Shown here: positions 13,310 through 25,789 of the stretch, piece after piece
How positions within the stretch are numbered: the first letter of the stretch is position 1
Layout: each line of letters opens with the position of its first letter
DNA from: Carcharhinus longimanus
Taxonomy: Eukaryota
Assembly: GCA_030264375.1 (NCBI GenBank)
Contig: JASCQW010000119.1
Span: 9,636,800 to 9,700,799, forward strand
Direction: 5' to 3'
DNA length: 64,000 nt
Notes under the pieces: model-generated
The model's database searches: none
What the model was told of the DNA's origin: nothing
What the model saw: only the letters and a program-made list of their open reading frames with translations
Made by a program: the position numbers and the translations under genes

Positions 13310-14436
13310 GGGCGCAATTCAGATTCGACTGGTAACATATTTTCAGGCAAAGCCGTCGGCAGTTTGCCTGAAAAAATATTCGCGCCTCCGGACTGCGCTG
13401 CGGGCGATGCTGAGCCCGCCCGAAACGAACGGAGCTCTGACCTGCTCATGCATACTTTGAAATAAATTGAAAAGCGTGCCTCTGTCACAATGCACCCAGG
13501 AGACCCCGAATTGATGGCACCCCACACACATTACAAACACCCCCACAACATAACTTTCCCCTTTATCCACAGCCTCCACCCCCGCCCCCGTGCTCAAACT
13601 GATCGAGACCTCCTGCCCCCTTCCCACACACAGTTACTGCCGGCCCCCTCCGCTACACAACCTCGCTCCCGGTCCCCCCACCAATGGGCAGTCGGGGCGA
13701 CCGTGCCTCCCCACCACCATAGAGACATCTTACTCGCCCCCTCCACCCGGAATCATCTGGCCTGCCTCCATATCCCCTCGCCCCACAGAGAATGATGTGG
13801 CCTCCCTTCCACTCTCCCCAACCCGATAATAATCCTGCTTCAATCGCCCATTCCCTTCCGCCCCCCCCCCCCCCCCAATAAGAGAATAGTCCGGTCTCCC
13901 TCGCCCCACCCCCACGAGTCTGATCTGGCCTATCTCCATTGCCCCNNNNNNNNNNNNNNNNNNNNNNNNNNNNNNNNNNNNNNNNNNNNNNNNNNNNNNN
14001 NNNNNNNNNNNNNNNNNNNNNNNNNNNNNNNNNNNNNNNNNNNNNCCCCCCCCGCCCCCCGCTCCCCCAACCACAGCATTCAGTCAGAGATCCGTTGGAA
14101 GCTCTGAACATACCTCTTCAGAAGCTGGAGCGCTAGAAACGGACTTTCATTTAGCATGTCGATTTCGGCTCCATCCGGATTGGCGAACGCGATGCAAAAG
14201 GTGGAAATGCTGAATAAGTTGTGCGGGCAATCGTTAATACACTTTATATGCATTTCCATGCATTTAGATCGCCGTTGCGCCCGTTTCGGGAGCAAATCGA
14301 ATCGCGCCCATTCCCGGCCTCAGTAAAGTGGCCATCTGCGTGGATATGAGCGTGGATATCGTTAATGGCTTACGTCCGAATTTTGCCGCGTTTTTGCACC
14401 CGAAAACGGGAGCGACGCAAAGTTAAAATCGGGCCC
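13310..14436. mobile_element. GC/CpG-rich non-autonomous DNA-transposon-like (MITE-like) element
   Basis: Abrupt GC-rich block with imperfect terminal inverted ends GGGCGCAATT...AATCGGGCCC, internal hairpin at 13340-13374, C-rich core with a gap, no coding capacity. Confidence 0.55.
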
Positions 14437-15169
14437 ATGGTGTCAACGTCTTAACTTGACTTAAAATTCTTGATTTGAATCAGCTTGGGCAAATATGCAC
14501 AGATGACATGGGCATACCTTTTTCTCGTGGGAATGCTTGACATCAGGAATGCACCGACTGCAAATTTGTTTGAAGCGATACAATAGAACAATTTAAATAT
14601 AAAAAAAACCCTCGAAAAATGAGTAAAACAAATAAATGTGAGTCAGTTTTATTATATTCATCTTGCGGAACATTGTCCTCGCAGAGTATACCAGCTCGTG
14701 TTGTCAATCCCGAGTCGCTCTTCACAAAGTCGGGCTGAAATGTTTCCCACATGCGCCCCATTCCGTAACGTGTCGGGAAACGCAGAGTGTTGGTTGTTCC
14801 CGCATTTTGGCGCAGCGCCAGTGAAGAAACATCAGTGCAATTTTCAATTCCGTTGTCATGTGACTTGGAGGTGAAAGTTCAACTGCCGGAGTACTCAGGA
14901 AACAATTGTCTCTCATTCTAGATGGCAGAGTTTGTTTGTTTGGAAGGTGCGGGCTGAACTAAACTGTTGTGTTCCCACACTGCATCTTGTAGACGACAGA
15001 CAGTCGAACTAACATTCAAGGATGATGGAGGGGTTGTGGGTTTTTAGAAAGGGCAGCAATCAAGCTGGCCACTCTTCCTGGATACTTGAGCTTCATCTGT
15101 GATGTTGGAGCTTTAAGCATAGAGACAAATGATGAGTATTCCATTGTACCCCTCACTTGCGTCTTCCAT

Positions 15170-15570
15170 GACTTGGACATTAAAGGAGTAAATGGTGACC
15201 TGATAAGTAGAAGTAAGATGCTGAGAGCACTTTACATAATTGATGGTGAGATGTTTTCACCAGTAGCTGATTCTCAAACAACGAGATATAGCTGCAAGAG
15301 AAAAGGATATTTAAAATCGAACTGCTGAGAAATTTCTTCTCGCAGTCTGTGGTGATTCTCTGGAATATTCTCAACAAAAGCGAAGTGGATGCTGAATGAT
15401 CAGACGTACTTAAAGTAGAGGTAGATAATTGATTGATCTAAGGATAGAGGAGAGATGAGAACTGGCACAAAAAATGATCTGAGGTTGGCCTTGAATATTC
15501 ATGATAACACTGAATGAACGGGCAGGGTAAAGAGCCTTTTGGCCTACACTTGCGTTTATTTAGTGTGTTT
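15170..15570 (+). mobile_element. CR1 LINE 3' end, old
   Basis: GGTGACCTGATA...AGAAATTTCTTCTCGCAG...GTGATTCTCTGGAAT...GGCCTACACTTGC follows the CR1 ORF2 C-terminus and 3' UTR. Confidence 0.75.
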
Positions 15571-16812
15571 TGTACATAAGATATGTCTACACATTAATCT
15601 GCAGGCCTCAACAGCGGACTCCACTGGGAACATTACCCAACAATCCCCTTCACACAATTACCTACTCGCCTACCACAGAATCGTTGTTTTTACTGTGGAA
15701 TTCTCTTCGAAATTTTGCACAGATAAACTGAAACCCATGATAACACATATTATTGAAAAAACATATCGTGACGTCTAGTCATTTGATCTAAGTGGTCCTC
15801 CTCATTCCATAGAGTCAGGTATATCATTTATTTTATTCTGATCCATCTGTAAATATAACATTCTGATATATGTTTGCACAACTTTGTAGTTCTCTAACAA
15901 ATGTGTTGACATTCAATGCAACGCTACTGCTTCCGCCAATAAATGCAATAGCATTTTCATTTATTTTGTTTTCACTTTCCCTGAATCATTTGGAGCATTT
16001 TTCTTCTGCGATATGTGTTTATTTATTTTTTTCTTTTCAACCCATGTCCTATGTTCCATTTACTTCCTCTCGAAAATTAAATAGAAACATTGCATTTAGG
16101 CAGTTTACATGCCAAGTATACTTTCAGTGACCATTGTCACGCTCAAAAATGAACCTTTCAGAGCACAAGATAGATATTTTTATTTGTACGTGTCGTCATT
16201 TCAATCATATTTTGCAAAATGACGGAAAGACAGTAAACATGTTGTATGTTGTATACTGTATTAGATTTACACTTACATTGAAACCAAATCGGACATTCCT
16301 ATTCATTCTTTGTAATTTTTAACCGACCTATTAATAGGTCAACTTCAAAATCATGTCTGTTATGAAGATTTGTACCCTTAACTTTGGAATTTGAAAACCA
16401 TTCGGTTGGAAAACATTAAATTATTCACTTTGAACCCAATGGGTATACATAATTCAATCATTTAATGCGCAAGTGACTCTGTATATTAGCATGTATTGTC
16501 AATACTCAATTGCCATTCAGAAGGCTGTGATGTACGGTTTTTCGTCAATCGCTGCGTGTCCAGCTGCAGGTTCACCAACTGCCATTAGTCAGAGTGCTTC
16601 AAGAGTCAAACTAAGAGTCAGTGGAACACAACTAATATATATCCACGTCGTAATGGTGAAAGTCCTGGAGGGATCCACGTACTGACGTTTTCAATTATCT
16701 GTTTCCTTGTCCCACTAGATTGCAATTTCACTTCCCTTTGGAAGCTGTTCCGTAAAGCACATTGATGAGTTCCTGAAGTGCATATTGTAGATGACTCATA
16801 CGGTTTGTCACT

Positions 16813-17245
16813 ATCATAGAACAAAGAGTATAGAACATTACACTGCAGTATAGGCCCATCTGTCCTCGATGTTGTGCCGATCTGTGAAAACAAATCTAAC
16901 GCCCATGTAACTTACACTATTCCAATGTAATCCATATGTTTATCCAGTGAATACTTAAATGTCCTTAATGTTGACGAGTCCACTATTGTTACAGGCAGGA
17001 CATTCCGCGCCCTTACTACTCTAAGTAAAGAACCTGCCTCTGACATGCCTCTATTAAGTTACATCTTAACCTTCTTCTCTCCAACGAAAACTTTCTCCAG
17101 TCCCTCAGCCTTTCCTCATAAGACCTTCCCACCATACCAGGCAATACCCTGGGAAATCTCCCCTGCACCCTTTCCAATGCTTCCACATTCTTTCGATAAC
17201 ATTGCGACGAGAACTATTTGCAATGCACCTAGTGCGGCCACGCCA
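16813..17245 (-). mobile_element. CR1 LINE 3' end
   Basis: CATAGAAC tail, ACACTGCAGTATAGGCCC...GATGTTGTGCCGA and GGCAGGACATTCCGCGCCCTTACTACTCT antisense CR1 motifs. Confidence 0.8.
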
Positions 17246-17619
17246 GTCAGAACTGAAGGGACTCAATATAATTACAAGTGTAGAAATCAACAGGAATCAT
17301 TCGTACAGATTGGTGTCAATTCTAATGAGTATTGTCAGAGTTACATTTATTCAGAGGTGAAGAGCGTATTCAATTTCGCTCGTCATTTGTGTATTGTATG
17401 AGGTGGATAGTGTTTAAAGAATCAGTCGTTGAGTTACAGGGTTCAGTAATCCGTGCTTGATCTTCAATGTTATTTTGTTTTTTTTATGCCCAGATCAGTC
17501 TCTTATGAATGCTAACACCGCACATGCGGATCATAGGTGACACACATGCTGATGACATGAAATGTCGAGGGTAGATGCTTAGATCATCTATTATTGCACT
17601 CGTTGATTGCTTTGCACTT

Positions 17620-18340
17620 TGCTTACTAAATCTCAGATGTAGACAGGATATTATTCAGGATTAATTCATTTGAACGTGAAATTATTCAATACTTCAGGCG
17701 CCATCAGTCGACATCCCCACTTCTGAATGCAAGAAAGAGACTTATTGATAAAAAAAAACACTGATGATGTCTGGGTTGAGGGCACTATCCTGAGGAACGC
17801 CGCCAATGATTTCCTTTAGCCGAATTGGCTGACCTCTAATAAAGAAACCCATTATAATCTGTAGTGAGGATGTCTCCAACCACTGGATGCCTTCTCTTCT
17901 GCTCCTCAATGACCGCAACCTTGACAGACCTTCTTGCAGTCACACTCAGACAACTACTGCTCTGATGTAAGGGACAAATAGATTCACATCAACTCTTGTT
18001 TTTCGCTCTCTTTCCATGTTTGTGTCAATGTTTTATTGCGATCAGGAGCGGAGTGAATTTGAGGGAACCCGAACTAAACATGTTATTGCTGAGAAAATAA
18101 TGTCTGGTTGCACTGCTAACGTCCCCTTCAAGCAGTTTCCTGATGATCAAGAGTAGGTTGCTCGGGCGTCAGCGTAGTTGGTTCTCTTGGGCATGAACCT
18201 GTTTAGTTCCGCCCTGCTCCTAAAGCACAGAGAATTTCCAAATTGCCGGGTAGATACCAATATTATACCAGTACTGGAACATTTTGGCCAGGAGCAGAAC
18301 TTGTTCTGTATCAGGTTCCTTCACACGTTGCTGAAAAATT
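17620..18340 (-). mobile_element. Old CR1-type LINE RT fragment
   Basis: GGGTTGAGGGCACTATCCTGAGGAACGCC is the antisense of a GVPQGS-LGP-like RT motif; CATCAGTCGA lies where the FADD motif is expected. Confidence 0.6.
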
Positions 18341-18451
18341 TTCAGGAAATAAAGTAATTGTGTGTGAATATTGATTAGAGTGTGAGAAACACAGAGACAG
18401 CCGCCAATCAGTTTCTTCGTCCCTGTTTTAAATTCACAAATTCAACCAACT

Positions 18452-19530
18452 CATGGAGTTCGCAGCATGAAAAAATACATTTTGGCCCAACTTGCCCCCA
18501 CCTCCCACACCCCTACCCCGTTATTGTTGTTAACTACTAACTAGTTCCAATTGCCTGCATTTGACCCATATCCTTCCATAATCATCATAACCATGCAACT
18601 CCCTGAATGCTTTTCAATAGACCTCTACTATTACTAGTGGAAGGTTGTTCCAGACACTCACCATCCTTTTTGTGAAAAAGAAATGCCCTCTGAGTCCTAT
18701 TGTCTCTCTCAACTCTCACCTTAAATCAATGCCCTCTAGTTTTAGATTCACCTACATTTCGGAAACAAAAATGACTTTCTAGCTATCTGTGCCCCTCATT
18801 ACTTATAGACATCTACAGATCACCACTAAGCCTCCTACGTTCCAAAGGAAAAAAATGTCGCAAGTTATCCAGCCTCCTCTTCTAACTCAAATCATCAAGT
18901 CTCGGTGGCATCCTTGTAAATATTTTCTACAGTTTTTGTTTGAATTCTAGTTTAATTTATAATTGATTGGGCAGCAGTGTACACGGTGTTCCAAAAATGA
19001 TCTTATCAATCTCTTGTACAACTTCATTAAGATGTCCCATCTCCTGTATACAATGTTTTGACCAACGAAAAGAAGAATGCTGAAAGCCTTCTTCACTAAT
19101 CTGTCCTCCTGTGACTCCAATTTCAAAGAGCAATGTACCTGCTTCCCTTTATCACTTTACTTGATAATTCTTCCCAACGCTCTACCATTAACAGAACAAC
19201 TCCTACCCGAGTTTGATCTACCAAAATTCTTCAGCTCGCATTTATTTAAGCTAGCTCCATCTGTCGCTCGTCAACCAACGGCCCAATTTATCAAAATTAT
19301 GTTACATCCCGAAATAACCTTCTTCACTGTCCACTTTACCATGATGCTTGATGTCGTGCGCAAACTTAGGAACTAAGTTCTCATCCAACCTTTAATATAA
19401 ATGACAAATAAAAGTGGACCCAGCACCGATTCCTGAGGCATACCACTGGTCACTGGCCGTCAGTTTGAAAAAAAAAACAAGCTTCTACAATCATTTTCTG
19501 TCTTCTGTCATCGAGCCAATTGTGTGCCCA
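18452..19530 (-). mobile_element. CR1 LINE, 3' ~1.1 kb
   Basis: Continuous antisense CR1 from the 3' UTR to GGACCCAGCACCGATTCCTGAGGCATACCACTGGTCAC (VTSG-PQ-SVLGP). Confidence 0.85.
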
Positions 19531-20699
19531 TCATCATTTCCTTGAGTTGCTTGCTGACTTAATTCAGCAAAAATCAAGCCACAAACGTCTCATCTGATAT
19601 GTCACAGGATTTACCTCCCCTGGCCCAGGTCCAGAAGCCCTGGAATGATCATTTGGCTGCTTCTCCCTTCATGTTTTGCAAACCAGGACAATGTGTGCAT
19701 AATTGTTCTAAGTGGTGCAATGCGTTATGATAGACTATTGAATGTCAAGATTCTCCTCTCTCACAATGAAAGTTTCACATATCCACACACACACACACAC
19801 AAACTCGGATGTGCGCACATTTAATTACATACTACTTCCAAATCTGCCATAATTTAATAAATCACACGATCACTCGGTGAGTTGATCAGGATGACCCATT
19901 ACAGCATAAATCAGGCAAAAAATCGCTTAAGCACATTGAAATCATTTCATCAACACAGTTCCTCGCACACAGGCAATGCAATCACACACAGTTTCACTCA
20001 TTCAATCTAACTACACATCAACGCACACAATTGCAGCATTCTGTCATGTTCCTTATCACATATATCATATATTGAGTTATTAATTCATACCTGAACTCAG
20101 TGATGAAGGTGTCCAGGTAAACGACGTTTATAATTTACTTGAAAGAGCACGACAATCTGCCAATGGAGTTATTGCTGAGACGCTCCCCAAGCATTTCAGG
20201 GATCATTGTCTTGTCGATTCAGTAGACAATGCATTTGACTTCCGAACAAGCATGAACGATTATGAATTAAATGTGCTTTCATTGACAATAATCGTTCTAT
20301 CCATGATAAGCATGCATATGGTCCAGTGACAAAATTATCATTTCTTCACATAATTGTTATTGATTAGCTAGCATTAAATATCATTCACCTGCAACGAAGT
20401 AATAATTTATACTTGGTTGTTACCTTTAAAACTTATGTCTTGCAACAGTTTGTCCAAATCTACAAAAAGACAAAACAGGTGGCTGAGCTCTAATGAATGT
20501 ATTCAAATAATCTGTAATCCTCTGGGCGCATTCACCATGTTATCGCTCCAACGAGAAGGAAAAAAAACAATGGCAGTCAGCCTAATTTCCATTCGTTGCA
20601 GTTAGACCAGAGAGTCCTTGCCACAGCCGAAGTCAGAGAATACAGGCCGGCTTTCACATTGCCCTGTGTGCAACTTACGACAGTACAATTATGTGTTTT

Positions 20700-21025
20700 A
20701 CAAAGAACAAAGAACAAAACCAGCCCGGGAAACTGGCCCTTCGGCCCAACGAGCCCGTGCCGCCATTTCAACAGTACCAGTCCCCCCTCCACCCATGTCC
20801 CTTATCTATTGTTTATGGCGTTCCACATTGAGGGAAACTAATTTAGGGACAATTTATTACCTCCAATCGGCCTAATAGCACATCTTTGGAGTGTGGGAGG
20901 AAACCGAAGCACCTGGAGAAAACCCACGCAATCACGGGGAGAATGCGCAAACTCCCACAGACACTGGCAGAAATCCATCTGTCTGCACAGCAAACAGTGA
21001 TAGTCACTGAGCTGTCGTGTTGCCC
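20700..21025 (-). mobile_element. V-SINE (HE1-related), well preserved
   Basis: (CAAAGAA)n tail, GGCCCTTCGGCCCA CR1-derived 3' end, near-canonical V-domain CACATCTTTGGAGTGTGGGAGGAAACCGAAGCACCTGGAGAAAACCCACGCA. Confidence 0.9.
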
Positions 21026-21293
21026 AGCATCTGGTCCAGTTTAAGCACACACTAACNNNNNNNNNNNNNNNNNNNNNNNNNNNNNNNNNNNNNNNNNNNN
21101 NNNNAAAAAATTGTGTAAGCTCACATCCATTTTTATGCGGACACATTAAAATCCAGGAAACATTATAACGTTGGATGCTTTACTTCTCACCAATGTCAAA
21201 CAAGTAAGAAATAATTCCACCGTAGCAGAGCAAAAGTAACAATTTATTTTCCTGAAACTGTCACATTGGTGGAGAGCATCATATTGTAACATA

Positions 21294-21525
21294 TTCTTCT
21301 TCATCATCACTGTATTCTTCTTATTCTTCTTGTGCTTCTTGTTCTTGTTCTTGTTGTTGTTCTTCTTCTTCTTCTTCTTCTTTGTTATCCATCTCACTCT
21401 TTTTCTGCATTTTTTTTTAATTTTCGTTTTCATGTTTGATTCGTCATCATCTAATTATTAGCATTTTTCTTGGTCTTTTGTTTTATTCTTCCGCCTCCTC
21501 CTCCTCCTCTTCCCCTTCTTCTTTA
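21294..21525. repeat. (TTC)n/(TTG)n/(CTC)n low-complexity tract
   Basis: Degenerate trinucleotide arrays; source of the spurious K/N-rich ORF 21146-21433. Confidence 0.9.
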
Positions 21526-21927
21526 TATTACTGCTGTTATTAGTATCACCATATGGTCAAGGATACATTGGCATTTTAGACACAGCTGGTTGTGCTTTCG
21601 AACTCGAATTAGCTTGTGATTAGATTTACAGTCTGTTCATAACAAAGAATTACTCAAAGTTTACGGCAAATTCTGTCCCGTGTCTAAACATCCTGACATG
21701 TGATTACCTTGAAAGTGAGATCCACTGTTTGCACACATTGGGCAATCTCCCTGCACAGAACAGACACATTAACATAAACCCTGGAATGCATATTTCAGCT
21801 AGCTGAGGAGCCCTTACTGGACTGATATCTGTGCACAATATAACCATTGTATTTTAATTGATTTTTTTTTCAGTTATTCGTGGTGCACAAATAGTTCTGT
21901 CTCCTAGCCCGGTCATCGAAATTGATA

Positions 21928-21954
21928 TGTGTGTGTGTGTGTGTGTGTGTGTGT
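21928..21954. repeat. (TG)n microsatellite
   Basis: Direct observation. Confidence 0.95.
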
Positions 21955-22094
21955 TGCTGTCTATCATACATAGGATTTAATTGTATGAATGAACAGAATT
22001 TCCATATTCGTGCTAAAGTTGGTTGAAGCGACTTGAAAATTCACAACATAAATCCGGTTTGTGGGTGCAGGTACAGATCATTACTTCAATTGTG

Positions 22095-22144
22095 CACACA
22101 CACACACACACACACGCGCGCGCGCGCACACACACACACACACG
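22095..22144. repeat. (CA)n(CG)n(CA)n microsatellite
   Basis: Direct observation. Confidence 0.95.
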
Positions 22145-24699
22145 TTTGTAAACAAACAGCGAGAGAAAGAAAACAAACAATCAAAAACATCACGTTGTTT
22201 CTCGGTGAAACAACTACTGCCAGGCTCACGGTCATAACTACAGTCCAGTTGTCAGATCAGGCTGCATGTCGCCATTTGGAGAAGCATGAAATAAAAGAGG
22301 ATCATGTCAGATCTCGGATTAGGAAAGCGATGACGGGGGACGAAACCTGATTTGTGGTTGAAACATTGTGAATAACGTCTTAATATGATGTCAACTGCGG
22401 TCGGTTTGTATTGCAAATATGCCCCCAAAATATTTCGTTAGTCGGTTGGGTAAAGTGAACTGTTGAGTTTTGCCGGAAACCTTTTCAGGGAATATTTCAA
22501 CCTTTCATTTTGAATGTAATTGTCAATGATGCAAAGAATATATTAGTATTAAAGAAGTTTTAATATTTAGCTAAATATGTCATTTGATGCCAGATTAACT
22601 AGATATGCAATTTCCCCTGGGCTATATAACGGCTGCTGATTGAAACTAAATTCCTAAACCATAAAATTAAATGCAATGTAGGTTAATCTGCAGTGATGAT
22701 AGAGAAATCAGATGCAGAATTTACTTAATTTGCCGTAGTGTCGACACGGTTCCAAGGGGATTTGGACGTGGTGCTGCTTCTATTCCTCTGCTTATTCCTA
22801 TGTAGGTAGGATCGGGCTGTAAAAACAGTCCCAAAAGACTGTTAAAACGTATTCTTGCACAAGCGGTAGGGATTAGGTGACTCTTTCAAAGTGTTGGAAC
22901 TTTGAATACTTAAATGTCCCTTTCGATGTCTATCATGCTGGTATCAGAGAATTATTGACAGTTGCACACTGTAGATTTTACAGTCGTTGATCTGCGTATC
23001 AGATAATATACTCATGTTGTGATTTCAGTAGGTTTCATTCCGATAGCAATTGTCACGATGCGAATTCTTTGTTCAACGATTTCAATTGTCTAACATTTCA
23101 TGGAGAACATGTTTGATTTGTTTGTGTGTGCGTGCGTTCATACATAGCATGCAGGCACCGCTTACTGGGCGAGCATTAATTGCTCATCGCAAAGGGCATT
23201 TGTACGTCAAGCGCATTGCACTGGACCTGGAGCAACCTGCATAACAATTACCTGTGAATGATGTATTAACTTCCCCAAATGACATTAGTGAACAGAATGT
23301 GTTTGCTTATATCTATCTATCGACAAAGCTTTCATATTAACATTGCAATTTTAATTGGATTTTTATTGAATTCTGTTTTCACTATTTTTCGTGGTAGGTT
23401 TCGAATCCAGTCTCGGGAACATTTCCAAGGTGTTCACGATTGCTACTCCAGCAAAAATTCCACAACAGCGCCGCCTGCACTTCTCTCTGCTTGCAGATGC
23501 TTATTGCCTGAAACATGATTGAAGTGATTCCCAATAACTCCTTGTCAGATGGAACATGATATCATTATGCGTGTTTGAATTTATGCACGGAATGCATTGG
23601 TATCAGCGGATTTGGGTCAATACATGATGCCCAATTATCTCATTTGGAGACGTATACTTTGTGAAGCAATACATTTCATCATTTTATGAGCAACTGCAAT
23701 CATGTAGAAGCAAATCTTTACTGAAAATAGAAGATAGACGGGAACAGTAGTTTTGAGGTTAACAAGCACTGAACAAAAAACAAAAGTGGTGATCCATATC
23801 TATAGTAAAAAAAAAAATCCGGATTGAATAACTCGCCAAAGAAATAATTAACTCAATGTCACCATCAAGTTCCAGTCAACCACTGGTTTTACGCGGCGAA
23901 GAATGCCAATGACTAAAAGCTATTTTTAATGCCGTACTGTCATGTTAGTCACCTTGGTAGAACAAATTAATTTCTGTGCTATAACGTACTTGCAGTTTTA
24001 CCATATCGCTCATATGTATCAATAAACAATTAAATACGTCAGCATGCAATTGGAGAAAAAAGGTTGGAGTGGGACACTAAGGTTACAGTTTAATCCAAAG
24101 AGGCTGCCTTCATCTGGCAAAGTTAAATGCCGATTTCACCCCTGAAATTTGACATTAGCTGCGTTTGAATTTCAGTGACTGCACTAAATTCAAAGCCTGC
24201 TAAAATGTTTTGAACAAAACTCAATCCAGGCCATTTGGAATATGACTGTGGAATGGGCTCCGAAGAAGGAGGTGCCGGTGGTGATGCTGGTGGTGGAAGG
24301 GGTGGGCGGGGTGTGGTGGGGGGCGGGGGGGGGAGGCTGGTGGAGAGTGAGTGAGGGGCACAATCCTAGCTCAAGCAACTCGAAACTAAAATTAAATAAT
24401 GTTTGATGAACGCTGAAATCCTGTAAATGATGGGCGTTTAGTTACGATATGTACACAAGTGCATGGATAATTCAAATGTCACAAACAATACCAAAATATG
24501 ACAAGATGTGGGCTAATAAGACAGTCGAACAGTTCCTCGAATTAATCGGTTACTATGAGCATAAGTTCACCTCCTTCGCGATCTTGCCTGCCCTTTCTAA
24601 ATGTGCAGCATTATCAAATAACCTGTTCACTGTCTTGGTGATCGTGGAGCGATGCATTCCCAATGACAATTCATTCGTTCCGATTTACGATAGCACAAT

Positions 24700-24965
24700 G
24701 GCTAAACTTTTCTCACTATGACAAGGAGTAGAATACAATTTGATCATGGATAACTCTGTCCTTGGTATTTGCACCTTCTTCTGCTTTCTGCATGGGTTTT
24801 CTCCGGGCATTACTTTGTTCCTCCGAGTGTGCAATTGCATTCGATTGTTTGGGCGTAGATTTGATGACTGGTTGAGGGACTGTTTATAGAAAGCATGATC
24901 TTTTTGCTGTACGGTGCAATTTCGATTGGACAAACGGCCTCATTCTGCACGTTGAGTTATGGATG
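24700..24965 (+). mobile_element. HE1-like V-SINE, old
   Basis: TTTGCACCTTCT...CTGCATGGGTTTTCTCCGGG V-domain and CGGTGCAA...GGACAAACGGCCTCATTCTGCAC tail. Confidence 0.65.
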
Positions 24966-25264
24966 CTACTTGTGATTTACATTAAGTTGTTCCTACATCT
25001 GACTTTAAAGAAATTTGAACACATTCAGCTCAAACGCTGTCAGTTTTGTTTTTTGCTATGATAATTCCATCTAAAGTAGAGGACGCCGTGGTCCTGTCGA
25101 AATATTAATAGACAGTTTATCCAGGTACTCAGCGAACCTTCCAGCAGAACAGCACATTCTGGAATTGCATTTGTATACATAGAAATATGGAATTAGGAAT
25201 GCACTGACCAACGCGAAACAATTGTTAGTTTTCGGGGAAAATAACAAGTTGGTTCACTCATGTT

Positions 25265-25343
25265 CTTTCATGAGGGGAAGAGGTATACAGTCCTTGCCTG
25301 CACTTTCATGAGGGGAAGAGATATACAGTCATTGCCTTCACTT
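25265..25343. repeat. 38-bp tandem duplication (2 copies)
   Basis: CTTTCATGAGGGGAAGAGGTATACAGTCCTTGCCTGCA at 25265 repeats at 25303 with 3 substitutions. Confidence 0.95.
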
Positions 25344-25789
25344 AGATATATGCGACTCTGGAGACACAGTCATATGGTTGACCTTTACTGCATTACATGG
25401 GCAGCAAGGGGTGGGCAATAAAGCTGGACAACCAACATTTCCAAAGAATCAGTCGAGAAAAAACAACAAGGCGTTCATTTGTTTTCCTGCTTTCTAATCT
25501 CAGTGCTCTGTACTGGAAGCAAAGTTGTTTCTTTCCAATTTGAATCATTTCTCTGGAACTGAAAACGTATCAAGACACATAAACGCACTGCAACAGAACT
25601 TTTACATCTGCATGCGAGTAAATCACGATCACTTGTGTGACAATCTATCCGACTGAAGATATTCAGGTGATAGATATATCACAGGCAATCGACGTGCTTC
25701 AAAAATCGGATATGCTGACTAATACACCATAGCTACAGACATGCATTTAAGCGAACAATCCAAATTTGTTTTGTGCTTTTCAGCCCATG

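Noticed and set aside
21146-21433. Lysine/asparagine-rich ORF
   Set aside because: Translation of a (TTC)n/(TTG)n microsatellite.
25265-25343. 38-bp repeat as a CRISPR-like array
   Set aside because: Two abutting copies without a spacer in eukaryotic DNA; simple tandem duplication.
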